From contig LBYD01000002.1 in assembly GCA_000995965.1 (NCBI GenBank), positions 135,889-199,888 on the forward strand: DNA of 64,000 nucleotides. Direction: 5' to 3'. The stretch's first letter is position 1, and each line of letters begins with the position of its first letter. Below the pieces are notes generated by a model that worked only from the letters and a program-made list of their open reading frames with translations, searched no databases and had not been told where the DNA came from. Position numbers and translations under genes: made by a program. Shown here piece after piece: positions 1 to 9,859 of the stretch. Origin of the DNA: Candidatus Moranbacteria bacterium GW2011_GWC2_40_12 (GTDB lineage Bacteria > Patescibacteriota > Minisyncoccia > Moranbacterales > UBA11712).

Positions 1-127
1 CATACGCGGGCAAGCCATATTTTTTCGAACACAGAAAATGCCCAGCCACATCCAAGCAGGATTGGAAAAGAGACATATTTCTCGTCACCGTAAGTTCCCA
101 ATTTTTATTTCGAAAGCGAATCATATA

Positions 128-1576
128 TTATTTCCTTTTGATTATCCTCACAACCCCCTTATCCGCATCCACTTCCACTAAATCGCCGTCACGCAAAACT
201 TTTGTCGCGATTTTGGTGCCGATGATACAAGGCTTCTTCATTTCTCTTGCGATAATAGCCGCATGACAAGTTATTCCGCCCTCATCTGTTATGAAAGCAG
301 CTGCTTTTTCCATCGCACCTATAAAATCGGGTGTTGTCATGGCCGCGACCAAGATGCACCCTTTTCTGCTTTTTCTAAAATCTGATTTATCCCTAATAAT
401 AACTACTCTTCCTCTAACTTTTCCGCGAAAGGCGACATTGCCTTTGACTTCATGGTTTCCAATATTATCTTCTTCGAAATATTTGTTCTTATACTTTTCT
501 ATTTCTTCTTGATTGGAGGAAAAAATTATCTTATTGGGAGATTTTGAAAAAATAATATAATTCTTCAATCTTTTGGTGAGTTCCGATTTTCTGACTGATC
601 TAATCGATGAAATTTCATTTAGTCTAAACTGAGCAATTTCCCTAAAAGCATATCCCTTTCTTTTCCCTATTTCTGCGAGCAAAGGCCTGATATTAAACAT
701 GGCTAAATTCAAATAATCCGTTCTAAATGTTCGGAAATATACCAATTCCTTTGCGTTTTTAATCAATCGTCTTGCGAATTTATCGGCTTTAATTTGCCTT
801 AAAATTTCCTCTGATTTTTGTTTTAGATTGCGCCTGTTTTTTTCTAGAGTAACTAACTTCTTTGCGCAGTCCTCTTTTACTGATTCTTTCAATCTGACAA
901 ACACGTCTTCTTCAGTCCAAGCATCATCCAAACCGCCTCTTGTCATCCAGCCAAACTTCTTGATGTGTCTTTTGATCCTGACTCGATATTTTTTTGGCAA
1001 ACCAGAGACCAATTGAACGGATATCTTGCCCTTTCTGAACGCAACCGCAATTTTTAGAAGCGCCTCTTGCTCTTTGTTAATAATGTTTTTTTTATATGGC
1101 GAAGACAGAATTGCTAAATCTTCGCCGATATCAATTCTTCTTTTTAATAATTCTCTCAATTTTTCCTCTAAAGGAATCTGCAGACAAAAACCGGCAAGCG
1201 TGACCGAAAAAGTTTCATAATAATCTGTAAATTCATCAAAAATATAGACTAATTCTTCCAAGCTAAGATCTGTTAAATCTATCTTCTTAATATCTGCTGA
1301 TTTTTTTATTAAATCTTCTCCTAACTTATATGTATTCGAAAAAAACTTGTCCAGATAATTTTTTTCTTTCGAATCTTTTTCAAGCAGTCTTTCTCCTAGC
1401 TTCTTGAAGTCTTTGGAATAAAACCAGCGATCAAGAATCACTCCCGATGGTATAAACAAGCTAGAGATAAAGAATATCTTTTCGACCTTTTTTGGCTTAG
1501 AAAAACCTCTGATAAATAATTCGGATGTCAGCACGCCATATTTTCGGGATACGTATTGCTCAAATATTTTTTTCAT
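128..1576 (-). CDS. PEP-utilizing enzyme mobile (phosphohistidine swivel) domain protein, paralog 1
   Basis: 482 aa ORF. The C-terminal ~95 aa (GKVRGRV..TTPDF..AAAFITDEGGITCHAAIIARE..P..GTKIATKVL.DGDLVEVDADKGVV) matches the PEP-utilizers mobile domain of PpsA/PPDK/rifampin phosphotransferase, with the catalytic His in TCHAAI. The N-terminal ~380 aa is an unrecognised domain shared with five paralogs downstream. Confidence 0.75.
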   Translation of the reverse strand: MKKIFEQYVSRKYGVLTSELFIRGFSKPKKVEKIFFISSLFIPSGVILDRWFYSKDFKKLGERLLEKDSKEKNYLDKFFSNTYKLGEDLIKKSADIKKIDLTDLSLEELVYIFDEFTDYYETFSVTLAGFCLQIPLEEKLRELLKRRIDIGEDLAILSSPYKKNIINKEQEALLKIAVAFRKGKISVQLVSGLPKKYRVRIKRHIKKFGWMTRGGLDDAWTEEDVFVRLKESVKEDCAKKLVTLEKNRRNLKQKSEEILRQIKADKFARRLIKNAKELVYFRTFRTDYLNLAMFNIRPLLAEIGKRKGYAFREIAQFRLNEISSIRSVRKSELTKRLKNYIIFSKSPNKIIFSSNQEEIEKYKNKYFEEDNIGNHEVKGNVAFRGKVRGRVVIIRDKSDFRKSRKGCILVAAMTTPDFIGAMEKAAAFITDEGGITCHAAIIAREMKKPCIIGTKIATKVLRDGDLVEVDADKGVVRIIKRK

Positions 1577-2628
1577 CTGTATCTTTTTATTATCTTCACA
1601 ACCCCCTTATCCGCATCAACTTCCACTAGATCACCGTCGTGCAAAACTTTGGTGGCAATTTTCGTGCCAACAATGCAAGGTTTCTGTATTTCTCTTGCTG
1701 TTATAGCCGCGTGGGAGAGCGTGCCGCCAGCGTCAGTTATAAATGCCGACGAATTCATAATCAGGGACAAAAACGCCGGCCTTGTCATTCCAGTAACCAG
1801 TATTTCTCCTTTTTTAATCGTCTGAAGCGTAGGATCTAAGATGATTCTGACTCGACCTCTAACTTTTCCGCGAAAGGCTGGATGTCCTTTTAGAATTTTG
1901 GTAATTTGTTTTCCAATAATTTTATTTTCGTAAAGTTCAGCTTTCTTGCCAGACAGTATTCTGTATTCGCCTCGTTTAAATATCATCGCTATTTTTCTGA
2001 ATCTTTCTTCAAGTATTTTCATCATAGGGACGACATTTTCTTTGTGATAACAATCTATTTCATCCTCTGTTAATTCATTGATTAAAAAAACAGGATATGA
2101 AGTTTTCCGAGAAATCCCAAGGAAATATCTTTGAAAAAATTTTTCTGATTCAACATAAATATGTTCGGAATAAACTCGAGCCTTACTAAATTCTAAAAGC
2201 AACTTCCCATAATCTTTTTTCAAAAGAAAATCGCTAGAAAATTTTATTGCCGCATGCCAAGCGACATAATTTTTCATCGCCTCTAATACTGTGAAATAAT
2301 GTTTTTCTGTTAACTTTTTTTCTTTATGTATTTCCTTTAACATTTTATCTATATAATCGGTTTGCTTTCTAATATTTTTTATCCAAAGAAAAGCTATTTT
2401 TCTGTTTGATTCTATTTTTCGAGCTAGCTTATCGCCAAATTTGGTTATTTCTATTTCTGGCACGAAACCGGCGCTTAAGCCTTTAGCGCCTATTACAAGA
2501 TAATTATCAAAAGAGGTTCCTAGATATTTCCTCATACCTTTAGTATAAAGAAATCCAGGAAATGAAGATGACAACATTCCCCATTTTCCATCCCAAGTCT
2601 TTGTCCACTTCTTATCTTTTTCCATCAT
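1573..2628 (-). CDS. PEP-utilizing mobile domain protein, paralog 2 (short N-terminal domain)
   Basis: 351 aa. Same C-terminal swivel-His domain (TLSHAAITARE, HDGDLVEVDADKGVVKIIKR). Its 3' DNA is ~80% identical to paralog 1, and a 4-nt ATGA overlap couples it to paralog 1. Confidence 0.75.
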   Translation of the reverse strand: MMEKDKKWTKTWDGKWGMLSSSFPGFLYTKGMRKYLGTSFDNYLVIGAKGLSAGFVPEIEITKFGDKLARKIESNRKIAFLWIKNIRKQTDYIDKMLKEIHKEKKLTEKHYFTVLEAMKNYVAWHAAIKFSSDFLLKKDYGKLLLEFSKARVYSEHIYVESEKFFQRYFLGISRKTSYPVFLINELTEDEIDCYHKENVVPMMKILEERFRKIAMIFKRGEYRILSGKKAELYENKIIGKQITKILKGHPAFRGKVRGRVRIILDPTLQTIKKGEILVTGMTRPAFLSLIMNSSAFITDAGGTLSHAAITAREIQKPCIVGTKIATKVLHDGDLVEVDADKGVVKIIKRYR

Positions 2629-3086
2629 ACTTTATTTATCATCATAAGCGCCGCCTCAGCCGCTTCGCGGCCTTTGTTTTCTTTACCGCGGGAGCGGACT
2701 TGGGCTTGCTTCAGATTGTTGCACGTTAGCACTCCAAATCCGATCGGGATATCGAATTTTAGCATCACGTCCATGATGCCTCGCGAGGATTCATTGCAAA
2801 TATAATAATAGTGATCGGTCTGGCCTTTGATGACACAGCCGATAGCGACAAGCGCGTCGTATTTTTTTGTTTGCGCCAGCCTTTGGCAAGCCAGCGGGAT
2901 TTCAAAAGACCCTGGAACCCAAACAGTTTTTATATTTCCCGCCTTAACTTTATTTTCCTTGAGCGTTTCCAGCGCGCCATCAAGCATTGATTTCGTGATA
3001 TTGCTATTGAACTGCGAAACCACAATTCCAATTTTCAATTTTGACCCGTCATTTTTTTTCGAGTGCCCTTTTTTAGCATTTAGCAT
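2625..3086 (-). CDS. ribH: 6,7-dimethyl-8-ribityllumazine synthase
   Basis: 153 aa with KIGIVVSQFN.., GSFEIPLA and VIKGQTDHY motifs typical of RibH. Confidence 0.85.
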   Translation of the reverse strand: MLNAKKGHSKKNDGSKLKIGIVVSQFNSNITKSMLDGALETLKENKVKAGNIKTVWVPGSFEIPLACQRLAQTKKYDALVAIGCVIKGQTDHYYYICNESSRGIMDVMLKFDIPIGFGVLTCNNLKQAQVRSRGKENKGREAAEAALMMINKV

Positions 3087-3675
3087 GTCCGGTATTTTTT
3101 AAAATATTAAAAATATATTTCGCGATTGCATCCGTCTCAATATTCACTTTTGCGCCGACTTTGATTTTTCCGAGATTGGTGTTTTCAAGCGTATAGCTCA
3201 CGAGCGAGACCGTAAACCAGTTTTTCTTTGACTCAACGATTGTGAGGCTGATTCCATCAATGGAAACCGACCCCTTCGGCGCCATAAATTTCATAAATTC
3301 TTTCGGAACTTTTATTTTTATCACTATCGATTCTTTCACTTTTTTTATTTCAATAATTTTACCCACACAATCCACGTGCCCCTGCACAATGTGCCCGTCC
3401 ATGAGATCCCCAACCCGCAAACTTCGCTCAAGATTAACTTCTTTACCTTTTTGAAAATCTCCGACAGTAGTTTTTTTGACTGTTTCCGGCATATATTCGA
3501 CCGTAAAATTACCACGGCTTATTTTATTGACCGTCGAGCAGACACCATTCACTGAAATACTTTCGCCAAGTTTAATATCCCAGCCTCTTGGAATTTTTAT
3601 CTCAACAAAAAGACTTCCCTTTTGCCAAGATATTCTGTCGACTTTCGATAATTTTTTGATTATTCCTGTAAACAT
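3073..3675 (-). CDS. ribE: riboflavin synthase alpha subunit
   Basis: 200 aa starting MFTGII.., with SISVNGVCSTV and GDLMDGHIVQGHVD lumazine-binding repeat motifs. Confidence 0.85.
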   Translation of the reverse strand: MFTGIIKKLSKVDRISWQKGSLFVEIKIPRGWDIKLGESISVNGVCSTVNKISRGNFTVEYMPETVKKTTVGDFQKGKEVNLERSLRVGDLMDGHIVQGHVDCVGKIIEIKKVKESIVIKIKVPKEFMKFMAPKGSVSIDGISLTIVESKKNWFTVSLVSYTLENTNLGKIKVGAKVNIETDAIAKYIFNILKNTGHAKC

Positions 3676-3705
3676 AAGCGACTCGCGAATTTGAGCAAAT
3701 TATAG

Positions 3706-4485
3706 CTAATATAAGCGAACTCTTGGATTTACGATTCGTTTATACTGCAGTTTATTCAACTTGAAATTTATTATTATGCCGAGCTTTAAACCTGTTGCGT
3801 CTAGATATCTTAGCACTTGTTTAACGTCATTGTAATGTATAAAATTCACCCGCTTGAACTCCAGCAAAATTTTATTATCTATAACAAAATCTGCAAAAAA
3901 TTCTCCTATTTCAGAATTATCTTTGGTTTTTACCACCATTTGTCTTTCTTTCTCATAAGGCATTTTGAGCTTTTTTAGTCTTTCCTCAAACAATTTCTGA
4001 TAATGCTTTTCCTGATAAATATTTCCAAGTTCATTGTGCACTTCCATAGCCAAACCGACTATTTTATAACTTAACTCCGGATAAACCAAACCTTTATTCG
4101 CTCCCATTCGCTTTTCATTAGCTCCATATTCGCGAGTTATTCTTTCAATATCTTTTTTTATCTGCCTTTTCAACTCTTCCTCGCTTTTGAATTTCATGAT
4201 GTTTCTAATCTTCTCCCCAATCTCTATTTCAATTTCTTTTCCGTATAAATCCCCCTTGAATCCGATAAGATGCGCTTCGAGCAATTTCCCATCCTGACTC
4301 ACAAAAATCCCAGCCAACCACTCATTCGCTCCGATTCGCTTTCCATTCGCTCCTAATTCGCGAGTTATTACTTTCCCCGCATAAACCCCGTTTTCAATTT
4401 TTTCATGAAGCTTAATATTAGCCGTTGGAAAATCAAGTTTTTTTCCTTTTCCCTTGCCATGAATTACTGTTCCGCATATTTTCAT
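3706..4485 (-). CDS. riboflavin kinase domain fused to GxxExxY-family domain, with repeat-encoded in-frame insertions
   Basis: N-terminal GKGKGKKLDFPTANI..EAHLIGFKGDLYGKEIEIEI resembles the RibF kinase domain. C-terminal IVGLAMEVHNELGNIYQEKHYQ...LGIIINFK resembles GxxExxY proteins. Two segments, RELGANGKRIGANEW and REYGANEKRMGANKG, are encoded by copies of the dispersed attcgc repeat. Confidence 0.6.
   Translation of the reverse strand: MKICGTVIHGKGKGKKLDFPTANIKLHEKIENGVYAGKVITRELGANGKRIGANEWLAGIFVSQDGKLLEAHLIGFKGDLYGKEIEIEIGEKIRNIMKFKSEEELKRQIKKDIERITREYGANEKRMGANKGLVYPELSYKIVGLAMEVHNELGNIYQEKHYQKLFEERLKKLKMPYEKERQMVVKTKDNSEIGEFFADFVIDNKILLEFKRVNFIHYNDVKQVLRYLDATGLKLGIIINFKLNKLQYKRIVNPRVRLY
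4096..4138 (-). repeat. attcgc-family repeat copy inside coding sequence (encodes ..TREYGANEKRMGANKG..)
   Basis: Sequence attcgctcccattcgcttttcattagctccatattcgcgagtt; related copies at 4323-4366, 3686-3745, 12881-12960, 13416-13522 and 50706-50810. Confidence 0.7.
4323..4366 (-). repeat. attcgc-family repeat copy inside coding sequence (encodes ..RELGANGKRIGANEW..)
   Basis: Sequence cattcgctccgattcgctttccattcgctcctaattcgcgagtt, in the same orientation as the copy at 4096, ~230 bp away. Confidence 0.7.
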
Positions 4486-5951
4486 GATTTTCTTTTCAAT
4501 ATTTTTACGACGCCGTGATTCGCCCGCACTTCCACCAAATCTCCATCATGCAAAACTTTTGTCGCAATTTTTGTTGCCACAATCCCGGGAATTTTGAGCT
4601 CGCGTGAAACAATCGCCGCGTGGCAAGTCATTCCGCCTTCATCGGTCACAACTGCAGAGGCTTTCCTCAAAGCGACTATGTAATCAGGAGTTGTCATGGT
4701 TGTAACGAGAATATCGCCTTTTTTCATTTTCCCAATTTCTCTGGGACTAAGCACAATTTTTACTCTTCCCGTCACGTTTCCCCGGTTGACAACCAATCCC
4801 CTGAGTTCCTGTATATTTTTTTCCACACTTTTCTTCGCATACCGCTGAAATGTTTTTTGAGCAGCTATTCCCGAAAACAAATGGATCATTTCTTCGCCCG
4901 GATCCGCGTAGACCAAAAATCCTTTCTTTCTTCTCACGATTTCATCTTCGCTTACTGCCCGTCCGCTTACCAAACTTTCCAGATCCCCGACTGTATAAAA
5001 AAATAAGTTGTCGCTCTTTACTCTATACCTTCCGGAAAATTCCTTGAGAAACAAACTTATGACATAATTCGCCTGGAAAATGAATGATTTCCGGAGATCC
5101 TGCCACCAAATGCAAAAAGCCAGTTGTCGGCCTATTGTCAGGATTGTTTTTGGCAGTTTATGTCTTTTTGCTGTTTTTTTCTTATTTTTAATCGTCTCTT
5201 TTTTTATTTTTTCAATTTCCCTTATCTTCTTTCTCGCCCGCTCCGCAGTTATCCCGCCTAAATTTTTCCCGAAGAAAGAAATAGGCAATATTTGAACATG
5301 ATGGTAACTGTTGAGCATCCAAAAATATTTCTTCTGGTGCTCCGCCAGCCTTTCACCTCTTTTTTTATTATCTTTTTCAAGCGCTATTGCCAGCAAATCC
5401 ATACTTTCTTTTTGATAAAAAGAAAGGTCTTCCGGAGCAGTCAAGCTTTCAAGGGCCTGAATAAAATCGCTTTCGTCTCTTATTCTATTTCTCAATTCTT
5501 TCACGAGCAGCTGCTCGCCGCCCCAGCCGGCCATTTCCGGCAGAAGCCCATTTCGCCAAAAATTTCTATTATAAATTGAAATGAATTTTGAAAATAGTTT
5601 TCTCAAATCAACGTCCGCCAACGAAGAAAGATTCGTTTTTTCGATTTTATTTTTGATCAGGATAAAATTCTTCAAATCTTTTTGCCATTTCGCATAAGCT
5701 TTTTTGAATCTCGTTTTGCTCAAAACATATTTTTTGAAAATTTTCTCCCCGTCATCGTGCAATTTTTTGTGGTCGCATACAAAAACCAGTTTTCCTTTTT
5801 CATAAAAGATAACGTTGGGAGGCCACCCGGGTTGATAAATCCGGCTGAAAATAAACGTTCCCAAATTCCAAAAATCGGGGAACACCGGCTGGCCATCAGC
5901 CGGTCCCCAATAAAATATTTTTCTTTTTGGATCAATCTTGATCTTGATCAT
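4482..5951 (-). CDS. PEP-utilizing mobile domain protein, paralog 3
   Basis: 489 aa with C-terminal swivel-His domain (GGMTCHAAIVSRELKIPGIVATKIATKVLHDGDLVEVRANHGVVKILKRK). Confidence 0.75.
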   Translation of the reverse strand: MIKIKIDPKRKIFYWGPADGQPVFPDFWNLGTFIFSRIYQPGWPPNVIFYEKGKLVFVCDHKKLHDDGEKIFKKYVLSKTRFKKAYAKWQKDLKNFILIKNKIEKTNLSSLADVDLRKLFSKFISIYNRNFWRNGLLPEMAGWGGEQLLVKELRNRIRDESDFIQALESLTAPEDLSFYQKESMDLLAIALEKDNKKRGERLAEHQKKYFWMLNSYHHVQILPISFFGKNLGGITAERARKKIREIEKIKKETIKNKKKTAKRHKLPKTILTIGRQLAFCIWWQDLRKSFIFQANYVISLFLKEFSGRYRVKSDNLFFYTVGDLESLVSGRAVSEDEIVRRKKGFLVYADPGEEMIHLFSGIAAQKTFQRYAKKSVEKNIQELRGLVVNRGNVTGRVKIVLSPREIGKMKKGDILVTTMTTPDYIVALRKASAVVTDEGGMTCHAAIVSRELKIPGIVATKIATKVLHDGDLVEVRANHGVVKILKRKS

Positions 5952-7426
5952 TATAATTTTCTTATCAGCCCCTTTTCCGCATCGACTTCAATGGTATCTC
6001 CGTCTTTTATGACGGACAAAATTCCTTGCACGCCGACAATGCAGGGAGTCTTGAGCTCCCGCGAAACAATGGCCGCGTGGCAGGTGATGCCTCCTTCTTG
6101 CGAAATAATCGCTCCCGCGATTTTCAAAACGGGGAGAAATTCGGGGCGGGGGTTGGGAGCCACCAATATATCGCCCTTTTTCATTTTGTGAAAATCATTT
6201 TGGTCCCGGATGATTTTCACTTTTCCCTCGACAATCCCCGCGTAAGCCGGCATGCCACTAAGCCCCGAATATTTGCCAACTTGCTCTTTGAGAAATACAT
6301 TGAGTCTTTCGGCCTGTTTTCCCTTCATGGCCGAAAATTTTTCGAGGCCGGTTTTGAAATATAGCCAGCCTTTCGGCCGCGATTCAATTTCGCGTATTCT
6401 TTGTTTGTTCAGCTTGAACAAGTTTTTCATTTCCCAGTGGAACATATATTCCACTGCGTTTATCTCAAGTCCGGACTTGCGGCTGAATTCTTCCGCAAAT
6501 TTTCGCAAGGTGTTCCCGGCCATCTGGTTGAAACTTTTTCGCGCGTCACGGAAATTCCCCAGTATCGCCAGAAAATTTATCACGTTAATAAATTCTTTTG
6601 AAAGCCTATATTTTTTCGCTATTCTTTTTTTTCTGCTTTCTAAATTGGCAAGCGCTCTTCGCATTTCTTTTTCCTCCCGAAGTTTCTTTTTATCTTGAAT
6701 AATTTCTTTGATTTTTTTGAGGAAATGCCGCTGGTCCAGATAATGGACTTTCGCAAAATCATTCTGCAGCCAATAATAGTTTGCGACGATACTTCGCAAA
6801 TATTTGTTTCTCCCGTCTTCTGAAATATTTTTCTTCAACATTATCTCCGCCAGTTTCAGCAGGTCCATCCTTTCCTTTTGCAAAAATGACGGTCCCGGGG
6901 GAGTTAGCAAGATTTCCAAATCACTCCCATCAATATTTTTCTTTTCCCTGTCCATGGCCTTCCGCAATATTTCTTCTCCAAAATAGTCGAAGGAATCAAG
7001 AAAAATGGCTTCATACCAAACAGCAAGGTAGATATCGGTAAATTTTTTAAATAAAGCTAAAAGTTCGGCGTCTGAATATTTCGACAAATCTTGGCCAAAT
7101 GTTTTTTTGTTTAAGTTCAAATATGGGTTGACGTATTTTTTGTGCCAGTTGTTGATTAGCTTGGAAATAAATTTTTTATCCCTCTTTTGTCTTTCATAAT
7201 AATATCTTCCTCCGCTCTCCAAAGAGCGTTTAGAGATATAATCGTCCATAAAATCATTTTTTATATAGACAAAAAGTTCGTATTTCGGCGGAATCTTTTT
7301 CCCGAATATTTTCATGAGAGAACATGCGTGCCACGGATAGGAAATATAAAGCGGCTTCACCGCCGCTCCCTGCTGGTACCATTCGATTTTCCCGATTTTT
7401 TCCCTTATTTCTTTGCAGTTCATCAA
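5951..7426 (-). CDS. PEP-utilizing mobile domain protein, paralog 4
   Basis: 491 aa with C-terminus GGITCHAAIVSRELKTPCIVG..DGDTIEVDAEKGLI. Confidence 0.75.
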   Translation of the reverse strand: MMNCKEIREKIGKIEWYQQGAAVKPLYISYPWHACSLMKIFGKKIPPKYELFVYIKNDFMDDYISKRSLESGGRYYYERQKRDKKFISKLINNWHKKYVNPYLNLNKKTFGQDLSKYSDAELLALFKKFTDIYLAVWYEAIFLDSFDYFGEEILRKAMDREKKNIDGSDLEILLTPPGPSFLQKERMDLLKLAEIMLKKNISEDGRNKYLRSIVANYYWLQNDFAKVHYLDQRHFLKKIKEIIQDKKKLREEKEMRRALANLESRKKRIAKKYRLSKEFINVINFLAILGNFRDARKSFNQMAGNTLRKFAEEFSRKSGLEINAVEYMFHWEMKNLFKLNKQRIREIESRPKGWLYFKTGLEKFSAMKGKQAERLNVFLKEQVGKYSGLSGMPAYAGIVEGKVKIIRDQNDFHKMKKGDILVAPNPRPEFLPVLKIAGAIISQEGGITCHAAIVSRELKTPCIVGVQGILSVIKDGDTIEVDAEKGLIRKL

Positions 7427-7427
7427 T

Positions 7428-8861
7428 TTATAGCTTGATTATTTTTGCCACGCCCTTTGTCGCATCAACTTCAACAATGTCATTGTCCTCAAATATTTTC
7501 GTGGCAATTTTCGTCCCCACGATACACGGGATTTTCAATTCCCGCGAAACAATTGCGGCATGGCAAGTGAGCCCGCCCTCATCCGTAATAATTGCAGCCG
7601 CTTTTTTCATTACCGCGATATAGTCTGGGGTAGTCATGCCGCAGATCAACACATCTCTCCTTTTAATCTTCCTCAATGCGTCTTCTAGCCCATTACAGAC
7701 TTTCGCTGTTCCGGTCACTTTGCCCGGCATAGCTCCGAAGCCTTTAACTTCATTGCCGTTCTCAATATTTTCTTTAATCTCTGATCTGAATTTTTTTACA
7801 GCAGCCTTCCCTCTAAAAACCTTTAGTCCGTTGCCGTCTATAAGCGTAAGCGTTGCCTGTTTGCCTTTGATAATTTCTTTACGGTTAAACTTGCCTTTTT
7901 GCAGCGCTTCAAAAACCTCGTTGCCCCAAAGCCAGTTCAGGTCCTCTTCATCAATTTTGAGACGCCTGGACATTTCCAGCATAATCAAATAAAGGGCATG
8001 GTTTGTCTTTACCTGCATCTCTTTTCGCGCCTCGTGATAGTATGCATATTTATCTAAAAATTCGAGCCAAATCGAAATTTTTTCCAGCTTATATTTTTTT
8101 GTTAATCTTGACCGATTGTTTTTTATCTCCCGTTGCTGCGCTCTGATTTCTTTCAATTTTTTCTTTGCCCTGGCTTTATCTGAAATCCTTTTTATTCGAG
8201 AAATAAAATATTTTTCCGAGTGCGGCGTCAAATTTTCCCAGCCAAGACCCGTCCACCAATACCGCTTATATAGCCCCGTATAATCTTTTTCGGTTATATT
8301 TTTTTTCAGGGCAAGCTTCAGCACGGCTTCTTCCTCTTGGTTCAGATACGTTTTGTATGCGGGAATCGATATTGCCTCGAAGAATTTCTGGAATTCTTCT
8401 TCGTTTATTGGTTTTTTCAGATTCTCTTTTATTTTATTTCGAAGAAAATCTTCAAAGTGTACATCAAACGCATCGATGTCCACGTTTAGGAGCCCATGCG
8501 CGGGTCCCGCTTCTCTAATCAGAAAAATATAAAGATTGATTAATTCACCATTTGAACAATCGCGAAGATTGTACTCATAAATCTTTTCAGCCGCAATTAT
8601 TGCTTTTTTAATAAGTTTGTCGAACCGATGAAAGTGTTTTTTTCTTCCAAGGGAAGTGGCGCAAAGCTTCATCGTATGGCGGCCCAAGACGCGGATTCGT
8701 TTTTCTCCCCAAGCGAAGATGAGTTTTGGCCCATGATCAAAGAAAATAGACTCTACGACAGGCGCGCCGGTGAGTTTAGCCGAATACTCATGATGCCCCA
8801 GTAGCGCAAGCGTAAACCAATTTGGATAAATTGTTCCCCTTGAATAAGTTAACCAATCCAT
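7428..8861 (-). CDS. PEP-utilizing mobile domain protein, paralog 5
   Basis: 477 aa with C-terminus GGLTCHAAIVSRELKIPCIVGTKIATKIFEDNDIVEVDATKGVAKIIKL. Confidence 0.75.
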   Translation of the reverse strand: MDWLTYSRGTIYPNWFTLALLGHHEYSAKLTGAPVVESIFFDHGPKLIFAWGEKRIRVLGRHTMKLCATSLGRKKHFHRFDKLIKKAIIAAEKIYEYNLRDCSNGELINLYIFLIREAGPAHGLLNVDIDAFDVHFEDFLRNKIKENLKKPINEEEFQKFFEAISIPAYKTYLNQEEEAVLKLALKKNITEKDYTGLYKRYWWTGLGWENLTPHSEKYFISRIKRISDKARAKKKLKEIRAQQREIKNNRSRLTKKYKLEKISIWLEFLDKYAYYHEARKEMQVKTNHALYLIMLEMSRRLKIDEEDLNWLWGNEVFEALQKGKFNRKEIIKGKQATLTLIDGNGLKVFRGKAAVKKFRSEIKENIENGNEVKGFGAMPGKVTGTAKVCNGLEDALRKIKRRDVLICGMTTPDYIAVMKKAAAIITDEGGLTCHAAIVSRELKIPCIVGTKIATKIFEDNDIVEVDATKGVAKIIKL

Positions 8862-8959
8862 TTGAAGGAATAATCAAGCTGAATTACTAGCCAAATGTTA
8901 GCTTAAAAAGGCCTTTTTTACAAGAGATTTCGCAATTGTTTCACGGAAACACACCGAAC

Positions 8960-8988
8960 TTGACATTTAGAGAAAAAGAGGCTATAAT
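8960..8988 (+). promoter_or_regulatory. consensus sigma70-type promoter (TTGACA-17-TATAAT) driving the high-GC cassette gene
   Basis: ttgaca at 8960-8965, a 17-nt spacer, then tataat at 8983-8988; a perfect match to both hexamers. Confidence 0.6.
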
Positions 8989-9131
8989 TATACGTTATTG
9001 TTCTTTGAAAGCGGGTTTCACGCATTTGCCTGCCGATTAGTTAACTCCAATGTGGTCGCAAAAAAATAATCTTGCGTTTACTTTGAGTTAACTAACGGCA
9101 CCTGGTGCCGATCATTTTGAAGAAGGATGAC

Positions 9132-9779
9132 ATGAACGACAAACCCCAAGTAACGATTGAAACGGTTGAGGTTAATATCCACGGCATGCGCCATGGGGAC
9201 AAGGACGGCGATACCCTGACTGAAAAAGGCAAGGAACAAGTCGCGAAAAGTGCGCGGAAAAACCTGGCCGGTATTTCGATTGACGCCTACTATTCTTCCC
9301 TGCGTACTCGCGCCTTCGAGACGGCTGATGTCGTCTATGAAACCATCGGCTCGAAGACCGAGGTCGAAATCGCCCATCGCCGCGCCGCTTTCGATTTCTG
9401 TGGCGCACCCGGCATCACCAACACCAAGGCTGTAACGGAGGGCGAAAAAGCCTACCGCGAAGAGCACGGCATCGAGAAAGAAACGGTAGGCACCTGGAGG
9501 CAAGGCGCTCCTGCCTGGACGGATTTCCTCCGCGGCCGCGTTTACCAGGGACTCAAAGATGTGGCCACCGAGCAGGCCTTCGACGCCAAGGGCAACGCGG
9601 TGAAAAACGTTTTTATCGGTTCCCACAGCCCGACCATCGAGTTGGCCGTGGCCGACCCCAATTTTCCCCGGCTCCGGGAAGCGGACATGGTGCTCTACCG
9701 TTTCATCGTCGTGAAGACGAACGGCGAAATTACCTCTGTGAACCTGGAAACCGTCGACTACATCGACCGCGGGTTCTAA
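9132..9779 (+). CDS. histidine phosphatase (phosphoglycerate-mutase-like) family protein, in a high-GC horizontally acquired cassette
   Basis: IHGMRHGDKDGDTLTEKGKEQ fits the RHG...LTE.G..Q signature, and FIGSHSPTIE the C-terminal SH motif. GC is ~58% against ~38-40% in the flanks. ATG 9132 has an aagga RBS. The ORF track starts at GTG 9105, which lies inside a cggcacc/ggtgccg palindrome. Confidence 0.6.
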   Translation: MNDKPQVTIETVEVNIHGMRHGDKDGDTLTEKGKEQVAKSARKNLAGISIDAYYSSLRTRAFETADVVYETIGSKTEVEIAHRRAAFDFCGAPGITNTKAVTEGEKAYREEHGIEKETVGTWRQGAPAWTDFLRGRVYQGLKDVATEQAFDAKGNAVKNVFIGSHSPTIELAVADPNFPRLREADMVLYRFIVVKTNGEITSVNLETVDYIDRGF

Positions 9780-9822
9780 ACTCGCACCAACCAGGCCGGC
9801 TAAACCAAAGCCCGTGCCTGCG

Positions 9823-9859
9823 AAAGCCCAGTCTTCGGATTGGGCTTTCTTCTTTTTTG
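9823..9859 (+). terminator. rho-independent terminator (possibly bidirectional)
   Basis: Stem aaagcccagtc, loop ttcg, stem gattgggcttt, followed by cttcttttttg; lies between convergent genes. Confidence 0.7.

Noticed and set aside
1-127. Possible 5' end of a minus-strand gene running off the window (ATG near 113)
   Set aside because: Only ~37 codons are visible and no motif is present; it cannot be supported.
8862-9104. Possible riboswitch in the ~145-nt 5' UTR of the high-GC gene
   Set aside because: The cggcacc/ggtgccg hairpin is present but nothing matches a riboswitch class I can recall; it is treated as a plain UTR hairpin.
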